Positions 49,601-61,913 of a stretch of DNA of 64,000 bases are shown piece by piece (position 1 is the first letter of the stretch; the number at the start of each line of letters is the position of its first letter). The notes beneath the pieces were generated by a model that ran no database searches, was not told the DNA's origin, and was given only the letters and a program-made list of their open reading frames with translations. The DNA comes from Eledone cirrhosa (taxonomy: Eukaryota). The translations under genes and the position numbers were made by a program. Location of the stretch: contig OZ024743.1 in NCBI GenBank assembly GCA_964016885.1, forward strand, positions 57,288,001 to 57,352,000. The letters run 5' to 3'.

Positions 49601-52557
49601 TCTAGGAAACGAAGGAGCGAAAGCTGTCAGCTGGGCCCGAGTGGCGGAGGCAAAAAGTGGCAACAAGTCCACAATTCGGTCTTTGAAAGACCAAAACCGA
49701 CGCGTGCTACTTGACCCCAAGCAAATGTGCGCGGCCTTTCAGCAGCACTTTGCGCGACTGTTTGAGCAGAACGACGGTGAGCCGAACGGGGCAATGGACT
49801 TTAGTTCATACCTCGACGGCGTGCCGCGTCTCTCGAACACGGAGGCCCAGTTCTGCGAAAGACCGATCACGGACACTGAAATACGGGACGCTCTGGGCCG
49901 CTGCGGGAAACGCAAGTCACCCGGTCTAGATGGTCTACCCTATGAGTTTTACATAGGCATGCCGGACTTGTTCTCTGGCGTCCTCGAAGCCGTCTACTGC
50001 AATTGGCAGCAGAACGGGAGAATTCTCAGTTCCACAGGCAAGGGCGTGGTAACGCTGTTCAGGAAAGATGAGAACAAGGGGGACGAAATTAACAACTTCA
50101 GGCCCATAACTCTGCTCAACACAGAGTTAAAGATTTTGGCCAAGGTGTTAGCGACGAGGTTGGCGCTTGTCGTCGAGAACCTGGTAGCGAAAGCGCAAAC
50201 GTGTGCAATCCCGACAAGGTCCATACACGACAACCTCCACCTCATGCGATACATCATAGAGAGGGTGGGTAGTAAACCCGGCTTCAGTGGAGCTCTGATC
50301 AATTTGGATCAGTCTAAGGCATTCGATAGGGTCGACCATCGATACTTGGAAGCGGTTCTCAATGCCGCCGGTTTCGGTTCCGTTTTCAGAGGCTGGATCG
50401 AGGCGATGCACACCAGCATCTGCTCGAGGGTCAAGGTGAACGGCTACCTATCGGAGCCGTTCGCAATCACGTGATCCATTCGACAGGGGTGTCCTCTCTC
50501 CTCCATTCTGTATGTATTGACTCTAGAGCCACTACTGCGGAAATTGGAGCTGTTGCAGGGCATCCCTCTAGAACCGGGACTGCGCAAAGCGGCGTCGGCT
50601 TATGCCGACGACGTGACGGTAATGGTGTGGAGCACCTCAGAAATCGGGGTGATCGGCAACTTACTGAAAGAATACGAAACGCTGACGGGAGCAAAACTAA
50701 ACCCGGACAAGTCTGTCGGTTTGCAACTCGGTACGTGGAGAGGCAAACCGATGACGTCCGACAGCGTCGTTGGACGCTGGACGGACGGACCGGTGAAATT
50801 GATCGGGGTCTAGTTCGGTCCAGACCTCCAGGTGGAGAAAAACTGGAACGAGGTCACGGCCAAGGTGTTTGCACTCACCCAGAAGTGGGTAGAGTGCAAA
50901 CTGTCCTTGAAAGGTCGAGCGGAGGTGGCGATCACTTTCATAGCGTCCGTCATCTACTACCGCTTGACTGTCTTGCCTTGTCCCCGTGAACACCACGCCA
51001 AGATGGAACGCATGCTCTTCCAGTTTCTGTGGAAGAAGCAGTCTCCGCTGGTGAGGAGATCCGTCTGCTGTCAGCATCCTTCCAACGGAGTGCTGGGAAT
51101 GCCGTGGCTGATGATGCGCAAACATGCGCTGAGGCTGCGGCATCTCCAGGTATTCCTCACCGACCCCAAACCGGTGTGGGCACCGTTTGTGAGACAGGCT
51201 TTCCCGCCGCTCGTCTCGCTGACGGAGCTGCAGTCCTGGGTCAAGAAAAGACCGAAAACGATGGGCGCCTGGCACATTGAATGCGCTCAGTTACTCACAG
51301 TCCTCTGGCAAGCAGGCGCAGCAATCAATGGAGACTCCACTTCGACATTCTATAGAGGGATTGTACGTTACAAGGGCGACGACGTGCTCGGAGAGACTCT
51401 GGGCGTCGAAGAGGATGAGCTCACCAGTCTGTTTGGTAGGACTTTCCGCCCGGGACCTATGGACAACTTCCAGAGGTCCCTGGCCTGGCAGTGCTACCGA
51501 GGAGCTCTACCGGTTCGTGACAAGATCTACAGGCACGGACGCCCCGGCAGGGATCCTTCCAAGAGGACGTGTCCAAGATGCGCGCAGGACATTGAAACAG
51601 TCCTGCACGCAATTGTACACTGCCCGGGCGTAACCGACCTGTGGAACTATGCAGAACAACTGCTGTCGCGTATGGGACAAATCCAGTTGACTGCCGAGTC
51701 CATAGTAAGGATCAAACTGCCAGCCTCTTTCAACTCTTTCAAAAACGAAAGAGAGGCGATTTTCCTCTGTACGGTGGCTATGGTGAAAGAAGTTATATGG
51801 TGGACGAGATTGAGAGGACTGAGGACAGATGCCTTTCTCTCCGGACAACAATTGATTCCCTTCTTTAGAAGGAGAATCAGAGTGGAGAGAGAGGCACTGC
51901 ACTCCAGTAAATTTACTGAAAGGTAGGTGAATGAAGCGAAAATGGCCCGAGTGATTGGGCCTTCTCTGTTTATAAGCCTGTAGGCTGAAGAAGAGAAGAC
52001 AGGGAGAAAAGAGCACTTGCACAACACACTCCTGGAGTTGAGGGTTGTTCTATCGACGGGGTATTAAACAACCCATTTGTGGCGCCTCCCCCCTATTGGG
52101 GATTTCGATTGTTGTAATTGTTTGTTTTTATATTTTTTACACGACTGTATGTAAAATCCCCGGCATGTCTTTGTATTGTCCCCTTTTCTTGTGCGCCCTT
52201 GTGGCAAATAAAGAAATATATCTATCGTACACTCTGTGGCATCCTTTTATAAAAAAAGAGACTCATAACGAACTCAAGACGACACGATAATTATTTATAA
52301 TATAGAATTCGGTTTAAGTGCATTTCCTATTAATCATCACTAAACATCTAATATGAGATATTGAACATTAGCTTAAATAATTATCGAGTCGTCTTGAGTT
52401 CGTCATGAGTCTCTTTTTTTTTTATAAAAGGATACCACAGAGTGTACGATAGATAATGATTACAATATTTTTGAGCAACAACTCTAGTCTCACACTTTTG
52501 AAGGTTTATTATAACATTCTGTGGCTCTTTTGAACTTGCGCATTTTTCAGGTCTAGT
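46687..52557. mobile_element. Fold-back/MITE (arms about 175 bp, spacer about 90 bp) whose left arm is interrupted by Tx1 copy E
   Basis: 46687-46803 plus 52234-52292 is the reverse complement of 52381-52557. The ends read ACTAGACC...GGTCTAGT. Confidence 0.85.
46804..52218 (+). mobile_element. Tx1-like element copy E (related to A-C), slightly 5'-truncated and inactivated
   Basis: ORF1 remnant (CFRCGSTAHLKASC) ends at 48499, and ORF2 at 48541-51982 has stops and frameshifts. AATAAA is near 52207. The TSD TATCTATCGTACACT is at 46789-46803 and 52219-52233. Confidence 0.93.
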
Positions 52558-52577
52558 ATATATGTGTGTGTATATAA

Positions 52578-52660
<83 letters not shown>

Positions 52661-52666
<6 letters not shown>

Positions 52667-53236
52667 GATAAGCAGAACAAGTAAAATTCAACCAATTTTT
52701 CAAAATAAATCAAAATTAATATACAATTAAAATTAAGCAAAATTAAAAAATATAATATAAATATTTACCTATTCAAATGGCCCTAACAGTACAGTTTCAC
52801 GGTGCAAAACATTAAATATCACGAGGATATTAATGGAAAAGCAACGATCATCAGAGAAGCCTTTTCCTGTCCTAGGGTTAAAAACCCCAGGAACGACAAA
52901 ATATATGACCTCACTCCAACTAATACAGGTTTAAAAGGTCGTGAAAGTGACCCGTAAATACATTGGTGTATAGTGAAGGCGGGAAATCGTAGACTCGCCG
53001 TCTATAATCGCCACTAAAAAAAGATTTTTAGTAACTAAATAGAACAACAAATTTTTATCTCTACATACTGGAGATTATTGAATAAGGTTAATATATATCT
53101 GAGGGTACAATGTACCCCCGGAAATATATAGTGTGTCTATGATTTAAGGTGGTTCTATGGTAATAATTTGATATACCAGAACTTAATATCGAGATAAGCA
53201 GAACAAGTAAAATTCAACCAATTTTTCAAAATAAAT
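52661..53236 (-). mobile_element. Non-autonomous PLE/retrozyme-like unit with 50-bp terminal direct repeats in (TA)n
   Basis: 52661-52710 is identical to 53187-53236 (526-bp period). It carries an internal hammerhead motif. Confidence 0.65.
52779..52861 (-). ncRNA. Type I hammerhead-like motif (U10.1-U11.1 variant)
   Basis: The minus strand reads GGCUUCU-CUGAUGA-U-CG.UGC...GCA.CG-U-GAAA-CUGUACUG-UU-AGGGCC. Confidence 0.55.
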
Positions 53237-53249
53237 ATATATACAAATG

Positions 53250-53333
<84 letters not shown>

Positions 53334-53424
53334 GTATGTAAAAGGTAAACAGAAATAACAACGCAATCAGTAAAGTATATGGAAGGGATATATTAGTTTA
53401 ACGCTTGATATAGCAGAAAGAGGG

Positions 53425-53460
53425 TCTTAACGTTTCGGACGCTAGTCCTTCATCAGAAGA
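53425..53460 (-). ncRNA. Minimal type I hammerhead ribozyme motif
   Basis: The minus strand reads UCUU-CUGAUGA-A-GGAC(UAGC)GUCC-GAAA-CG-UU-AAGA, with the palindrome AACGUU forming stem III. Confidence 0.7.
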
Positions 53461-54044
53461 ACGAATGAGAAATAAGTTAGATTGAGGGGACGGGTGGGTT
53501 GGAATTGGAAAAAATATCTTTAGATAAAAATAACAGGTTCAATCATGTTGACATATCTTGCAAAACTGTTGGTGCTGGCGTTTTTTGTATGATTTATTTT
53601 TAGAAAAGTGGATGAAGAAATGGGACATAATCACGGTAAAAGTGTACGCATTTCTTCTAACTTTAAATTTATACCTAATTATGTATGGTTGACGGTATAT
53701 TTAGTCGATTTCTACATGGTGTTGAAATGTTGGGTAAATATTCTATTGCGGTCGGCCGCGAAGAGGCTGCTTTCGTTTATTTATCAAATATTTCTTCATA
53801 GGAGCCTTTATTCTTATAGCCTGGTCTAATTGATTTTTTATGTGGTTAATTATGCTAATTGGGAGAGGAAATAGTGTCTATTTTTTATCAAATGATTCTA
53901 TGGACATAATTTATGATATATTGCTCTGATTATTTAATTTATTAATTCTTCATTGAGCCAGATCGTGAATGGTTGCCACATATATATCTGTGAACTTGTG
54001 TATATGTAAATCTTTATATATATATATATATATAGGTTTGTTGG

Positions 54045-54209
54045 TTCCCAGTTAGTCCGGGTTATAAGTAATGTGGTTCTTAGGTAGGTAGGAGGATATG
54101 AAAGGTGCATAATAACCTGAGTGAGGAAAAGTTACACGTCATTATGCACCTTTCATAGCCCCCTACCCACCTAAGAACCACATTACTTATAACCCGGACT
54201 AACTGGGAC
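54045..54209. mobile_element. Hairpin MITE (about 70-bp inverted arms, about 20-bp spacer)
   Basis: TCCCAGTTAGTCCGGGTTATAAGTAATGTGGTTCTTAGGT is inverted relative to ACCTAAGAACCACATTACTTATAACCCGGACTAACTGGGA. Confidence 0.8.
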
Positions 54210-55358
54210 TTTAAAATAATTTTGGTCTATTTGCACTTTTCATTGGGTTGCTACCTTCGACTTGTGTGGTGGCTTTTTCCCGGCTGCGCGCTGGGCACTC
54301 GGAAAGTTCAGACTTCCTTGAGTGCTCGGAAAAATAAATATCTCCTCTTTCTGTAAACGAAATTACTCGGAGCGGAGCTTTGCTCCGGTCCCACCGCGCC
54401 GCCTGTTTTGGCCGCCACATTATACTTGTACATACAAACTCCAGGTTTAGGCATAACTATTAGCTGTATCATGCCTCTATTGGCACGTAAATAAATCCCT
54501 CATGTGTGATTTAGTAATATTCGTTTGGTATAGACGATGGCCTGTCGAAATTGTGGAGTTACCGCTAACGCCCCCGGAGCCTAAGGTAGCTACGTTCCTA
54601 GAGTACTCGGAAAAATTAATTTCCATTTCTTTCGCTGGACGATACCACTCGAGACTGGCTGATTCGTGGTGGTGGGTGTGCTGGCTGGGTCTCCCAATCG
54701 AAATCTTTACTCTATATCCCATCCTAATATCTTATCGAGATAAACTTGTTCATATAAGACTCTCTCCGTAAGTTCATTAAATAAATAAATCTCGCTACCT
54801 TAATCTTTAATTCTCTAATAACTTATTTTTCAATTTATCATTTTGCAATTTAATACTTTTAATTCAATTTAATTTCATCCTATAACTCGCAACATATGTT
54901 TAACGTTCCAATCTGCGGTTCACACATTAGACCATACAGACACCCATTATAGATTCTCTGGGGTAGCATTTTTTCGCGACATTTTCTAGCATGAATGTAG
55001 TATGACACTTTACACTACTCTTCTTTCTCCCTTTCTTTCTTTCTTTCTTTCTTTCTTCCCCTTCTTCTTTGACGGAGTGGTGGTAGTGCATTATAAGCCT
55101 TCACCCCCCTCAACAGATATTCATTAGTAGCTTCAGTTGTCAAACTCTGAGGGCGACTGGCCGAGAAGCTAGTTGGTCAGTCGTCCTCTCTGTCTCTGTC
55201 TCTGATTTTTCGGACCCATGGATTTTACATATTCCTTTGTTATATTCCAATACCTATTGATATCACCGGATTCATATGGAACCCGGTCATTGAAATGATC
55301 ATTGTATAATAAACCTTTCAAGGATTTACACCAGTCCAGCCTCCTGTTATTTTATTTC

Positions 55359-55425
<67 letters not shown>

Positions 55426-55519
55426 TATATAAATATATACATATATATGTGTGTGTATATATATATATATATATATACATATATATACACACACATACAC
55501 ATATATATATATATATACA

Positions 55520-55905
<386 letters not shown>

Positions 55906-56541
55906 CACATATTCTGCAAAAGCACAGGGCGTAGTGGTGTGGATGTTCAGCTCAAGATCGTAAGATCATGAGTTCAATTCCAAGGCAAGATACTTTAATT
56001 CAAGTTTCTCCAGTTAACTCAACTGAAGGAAATATTTTGTTTCTGTTATTCAAAGAGGCTAGCCTTGTCACACACTATGCAGAATCTTCCTGAGAACTAC
56101 GCTAAAGTTACACGTTTCGGTTGAATACTCAACCACATGCATGTTAATTTTACGAAAATGCTGTTCTATTAATTGAATCATTTGGAAGACTCGTTGCAGC
56201 CGGTGGGAGTCCAACAGCAACCTATAACTGGTACTTATTTAATTGAACTCTGAATATAGACAGATCGCAGTATGATAAATTGAAATTTCTTAATATCTGC
56301 CTAGACAGAAATATTCCACAAATGCACACACACGCACACACTCACATATACATATGCCTGTGTATCTGTATTTCGCACATATACACACACACACACCTGA
56401 TCAGACTTACCCACGTGCATGCGTATGTATATGTGTGTCCTTATAAGTATATGTATATATTAATATATATAGTCATGAGCGTCTCACTCTCTCTCGCACT
56501 CTCTCTCTCTCTGTATATATATATAAAACAACCAACACATA

Positions 56542-56611
<70 letters not shown>

Positions 56612-56874
56612 CATTTATATTCAGAGAGTGAGAAAGAGAGGGATGTGAACATGTGTGTATGAGCGTGTGCGTGTAAATGTATATGTATGTGTGTGTGCAT
56701 CAGTGTTTGTATGTGTGTGTGTTGTATGTGAACAATGTCCATTTGTGAATTCAATAGAAAGATTCCTGAGCAGATGGCTGGAGTCTCTCTTGAATTCTTC
56801 GACCTCAACATGTCTACTTTAGATCTGATATTCTACCAATATTTACTATTTCTTCATAGTACTATCTCACACCG

Positions 56875-57425
56875 ATACCGACACCCCCCACCCCCACCAC
56901 CACTGCCACCATCACCAACTCCAACACCACCACCACCGCCACCACCGTCGTTACCAACATCAACACCGTCGCTGCCAACATCACCACCACCACCACCACC
57001 ACTACCATCACCGCTGGCAACACACCACCATTACCTCCATAACTACCACCACCATGCCACTATGCACAAATCACAAACGATCAAGTATAGTACCAGAATA
57101 AACCTCATCACCAAACCTGACTATTTCTTCATACAACTGCCCCCCACGTCACCATACCACCATCACCCCCACCACCATCTCCACCATCTCCCTACTACCA
57201 CTTATTTCGCTACCACCAGCAGCAGAACCACCACCACTACCACCATCTCCCTACTACCATGTAACGTATTTCGCTACCACCACCACCACTGCTACCATTT
57301 CCCTACTACCACCTATTTCACTACCACCTATTTCGCTACCACCACCAACACCAACACCAACACCACCACCGCCACCACCACCACCACTTCACCACCGCTA
57401 CTGCCACCACTACCATCATCAACAT
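56875..57425 (+). repeat. (CAC/CCA)-rich low-complexity region
   Basis: Degenerate trinucleotide repeats. Confidence 0.85.
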
Positions 57426-58067
57426 GCAGTAATAATTATAAAAGATTAACTGTAAAAGAACAAGTATATTACAAGAATCGTCTAAAAAATAAAATAATAA
57501 AAAGTAAAAAAAAATACAAAATCTAATTAGAAAACACATTGATTTTTTTTTTCTGATTATAGAATTTATTGATACAGAGTAATGCATAATTTTACTTTGC
57601 TATCAACCTGATCTGATACCCGTCCCTACCCTTCACTTCTCTATGGCTTTACAGAGAAAAATCGAACTTCCTTCGAATGGAAGTTGTGTTAAAGTATTTC
57701 TCAATTTGGTTGAGTTACAAAGCATTAGGGATTTTGAAATTTGAAAATATAGTTGTCAGAATACAAAAACCTTTTAAAAATAAATGGACGGAGACCCTTT
57801 GATGTTAAACGTTCTCACTTGGCATACGAGAGAAATGTGTGATTCGATCTCCTGCAGGAGTCTCTAACCATTTCCCCACTTCTACATGGGTATTTTCCCC
57901 ATTTTATTCTATATCAACTCTATTACTATGATTATCTCTGCATTGTGGGCAACTATATATTTCAAATTTCTCGATATAATGCAATGACGAAAATATTGTT
58001 TTCCCAGAAAATTTCTTTATCACTTCAGCCGGACAAGATCGAAAAATACTGCAATATATATATACTG

Positions 58068-58116
<49 letters not shown>

Positions 58117-58207
58117 CGAAGGAAAAGTGGTAAGGAACCAGGTGGACCATAACGCACCAAAGTACTCAATACTTAGGGTAGTAGAGTGGGTAATAGGAAC
58201 AAGTAAG

Positions 58208-58301
58208 ACCCCGACGGCTGAGCTCAAGCCGTTTCGACGGCTAATTCTGGAGTGAATGAAAATTTATTCTGGTATTTAAATAGCCGAGCTTATCAAGGGG
58301 T
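58208..58301 (-). ncRNA. Type I hammerhead ribozyme, U3-A8 variant
   Basis: Reverse complement of the motif at 59900-59993. Confidence 0.8.
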
Positions 58302-59899
58302 AATTCCATATATGGTCACATCACAAGTTAGTAGTAAATCTGTGGTGGCAAATTAGTGGGGGAAGGGGTAGCTAAACCTGCCGGTAGGAGGAAAAGGGAG
58401 AGGGGGTAGAGTAGACCCATTCATGCGTTGGTATGCCGGCTACAGCTGGGCGTGAGGTCAAAGAGGATACAGGGGAGGGGGAGGGGGAGGAAGTCGAAAC
58501 GGTAAGTAGAACAATGAGGGGTAAAACTATAAAAAGTACTGAGAATGAAAAAAATAAAATAAGCAAAGTCTGGTTACTAAGACTTAAGTCTCTCGCTATT
58601 GCTAGGCTAAAGAAATACATAAATAAATAAATAAACAAATAAGTGAATAAAAGAATAGATAAATAAATAAAAAAAAATATAATAAAGAATAAAAAATAAA
58701 TAATAATAATAAAAATAAACTAGGTGGGACGGAAATAAGGGGACCCTTATACGAGGTATAAGTGCGTGTATCGTAAGGTGACGGGTCAACAAAGGGGGCG
58801 GGGGGCAAATACTAAAGAGACTACCACGAAATAATAAAGGTTTCTACCCCAATCACAGGGCCAGCAACCACCCAGTGCAAGAAAGTAAACTAGTACGAAG
58901 ATATAATTCAGGGTCCTGCAAAAAAATACTAATGCTAACTCTAAGGGTACCGCCACGAAACAAAAAGTCTTAAACAAGCTACATGAAAGATCGTACAAAG
59001 TAAAAGTAAAGAACGGAAAATTAATACAGTAACACCCCTCCCCCCAAAAAAAAAGAGAAAAAGAAGAAAGAAATACTGGATAAACGAGAAATTAAAGCAA
59101 AGATGCCACTAAGAAATATAGAAGGCACGGAAAAAAGGGACAGCGGTCGGAGAAGGGGGCAAGTATCCGAAGTCTAACACCTCTGCTATAAAAAGCGGAG
59201 TCAGCCAAATCTATCATAGGATAGGAGAAGGGGGTGGGGGTGCTGAAGCTACAAGGGACCGAGGGGCTATCTCGGGTGGGCGAGAAAAAGACGACGACAA
59301 AGAAAAGGAACTGGGGTAGAAGGACTAGGGAGGGATGGGGGGAAGGAGGAAATATAGAGGAAGCGATAAAAGAATGTAAAAGATCTTACGTCTCCATTGG
59401 CAAGCAGTAGGCAAGTGGGGTGTTATAGCCCTAGTCTACCCCCGGGTCATTATGGTGTTTGAGGGCGATGTAAGTCCTACGTAATCGGTGTTTACATGCA
59501 GTAACCAGTTCATCTTTCTTGTTTAGGAGTAGGTCCGTCGAATTATGTATTTCTTTAGCCGAGCAATAGCGAGAGACTTAAGTCTTAGTAACCAGACTTT
59601 GCTTATTTTTTTTTTTTTTTTTTTTTTAATTCTCAGTACTTTTTATAGTTTTACCCTTCATTGTTTTACTTACCGTTTCGACTTCCTCCTCCTCCCCCTC
59701 CCCAGTATCCTCTTTGACCTCACGCCCAGCTGTAGCCGGCACTACCAACGCATGAATGGGTCTACTCTACCCCCTCTCCCTTTACCTCCTACCGGCAGGT
59801 TTAGCTACCCCTTCCCCCACTAATTTGCCACCACAGATTTACTACTAACTTGTGATGTGACCAATCCTGGTGATTATCTCTTTGACCATATATGGAATT

Positions 59900-59993
59900 A
59901 CCCCTTGATAAGCTCGGCTATTTAAATACCAGAATAAATTTTCATTCAGTCCAGAATTAGCCGTCGAAACGGCTTGAGCTCAGCCGTCGGGGT
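59900..59993 (+). ncRNA. Type I hammerhead ribozyme, U3-A8 variant
   Basis: Reads ACCCC-UUGAUAA-G..CGGCUA..UAGCCG.C-GAAA-CGGCU(UGAGCUC)AGCCG-UC-GGGGU. Predicted cleavage is after C59988. Confidence 0.8.
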
Positions 59994-60003
59994 CTTACTT
60001 GTT

Positions 60004-60037
<34 letters not shown>

Positions 60038-60040
<3 letters not shown>

Positions 60041-61020
60041 GTATATATATAAAATTAAGTATGTGTGTGTCTGTGTGTCTGTGTATTACCTACATCTTAC
60101 GACCGATTTTCATGAAACTTTACAGGCTCATAGATTAGTCATCGGGGAGTGTTTTCTATATATCAGCGTATCGTTTTATTTTTTATTCCGGGGTCATTCT
60201 GCAGATAAAAATCACTTTTTTTTAGGTATCGAAAAATAAAACTTTTGGCTCTAGCTTCCACATTTCGTTCAAATTTTAAAGCAAAGTAGAATTTATCATT
60301 GCACATCCTGTAATGGCTTTATATTTTGCATTTGTTGTTCAGGGACGGCGTAGCAGCCGCTTAAATATTCAAAAATACCACTTTTAGACTCAAATTTCCA
60401 CTTTTTCGGCTCTAGCTCCCACCTTAATCAACCTACTTTGTTCAAATTTTACATACGCCAGATCTGATTATTTCACGTCTTAAAGTGGGTTTACATTTTG
60501 GATCTTTTGTTCAGGAACGGCGTGGCAGCCGCTTAAATATTCGAAAATACCACCTTTTCGCTCAAATTTCCGCCTTTTCGGCTCTAGCTCCCACATTTTT
60601 TCAACCGATTTCGTTCAAATTCGAAACTTCGGCTCCACCTCACACATAAATCAATTTATTTGGTTCAACTTTTATACTACGATAGAACCTATCATTGCAC
60701 ATCTTATAGATGGTCAAAGGCAAAACGATGGCCACTGACTTCGTCTGAGCTTTTAGTTGTGTATTTGAGAATTCATCGGTTTCCAATCAAGTAACGTGAG
60801 GCAATTTGGCTTAGTGTTAGAGGTCATTACCTCCATCCCCCAACATGCCCCTTCGTCAGATACCTGCGTTTTTCAGTGATAGAGGTCATCACCACTCTCG
60901 CCCGCATGGTCTGTGTGTGGCCATAGATGAGTCATCGAGAAGAAGTCGCTAAGATCAACACCTTTTCATCAAAGCAGATATTATTTTACCTACCCAGGCA
61001 ACGCTGGGTACTGCTGCTAG
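60038..61020 (+). mobile_element. Non-autonomous Helitron
   Basis: 5' TC(TG)TATATATAAAA, 3' hairpin TACCCAG/CTGGGTA (60991-61010) followed by CTAG. Inserted between A and T with no TSD. Contains internal repeats of about 170 bp. Confidence 0.85.
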
Positions 61021-61285
61021 TATATATATGTATATTCAGCGAGAATCGCATTTCGGCGGGTAGGAAAGGCGAAACGAAACGCAAAAATCAGAAATGACAC
61101 TCGAAAAGTGGTCAATAGTTAAAAACCAGAGCTAAACAATATGTTAAGAAGCCATACAAAACTGAAAAAGTGGTCAAGAAAGCATCAACCACTTAAGCCA
61201 AAAAGCAAATCAAGCTAAACAGGTCAAAACAAAATAAATGATAAAAAATAAATGATATATGTATATATATATGATATATGATATA

Positions 61286-61428
<143 letters not shown>

Positions 61429-61636
61429 TATTGTTATACTTGGGGAGGGTCATATTTGTGTAATATTGCCAGAATTAATAACAGAACACACTCACTGCTT
61501 GGTTGGTTTTCGCTTCTCGCTTCTGTGTCTTTTATATCGGTAATCTAACTTACTCGGTCCTCAATGTTGCCATTGACTGACCGACGGTCAAAAATAATAC
61601 AGATACAATATAGACACAAACACATATATATAGTTT

Positions 61637-61678
61637 ATCATAAATCTTTCGTTGCACATCTGCAACATCGTCAGTGGT
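61637..61678 (-). ncRNA. Minimal hammerhead motif in the PLE 3' pLTR (slightly degenerate)
   Basis: The minus strand reads ACCA-CUGACGA-U-GUUGCA(GAUG)UGCAAC-GAAA-GAUU-UA-UGAU. Confidence 0.6.
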
Positions 61679-61913
61679 GCTATATTTTCCTCCTGTTGTA
61701 TTGTATGTCTACGCCATTTTTATACAGTCTGTCTATATATTTATTTATTTGCTTGTTTGTTTATTTTATTTTGTCTTCTTTGCGCATGCATTTGCGTGTG
61801 TGTATAGTGTTTTGTTTGCTGTGTGGTGGGTGACTAGTGTGTGTTTATATGCTTGTTGTTATTGTACTTGCGTATGTATTTATTTATTTATTTATTTTAT
61901 TTTATTTACTTAT

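Larger units (their letters stand above)
58115..60006. mobile_element. Non-autonomous Penelope-like element with about 430-bp inverted pLTRs, in (TA)n
   Basis: 58194-58622 is the reverse complement of 59543-60006 (the right arm has a 25-bp insertion). Each arm has a hammerhead, and only the left arm has the extra 80-bp tail. Confidence 0.8.

Noticed and set aside
56735-57526. 263-aa Pro/His/Thr-rich ORF
   Set aside because: It is a stop-poor (CAC)n low-complexity tract with no domain or splice support.
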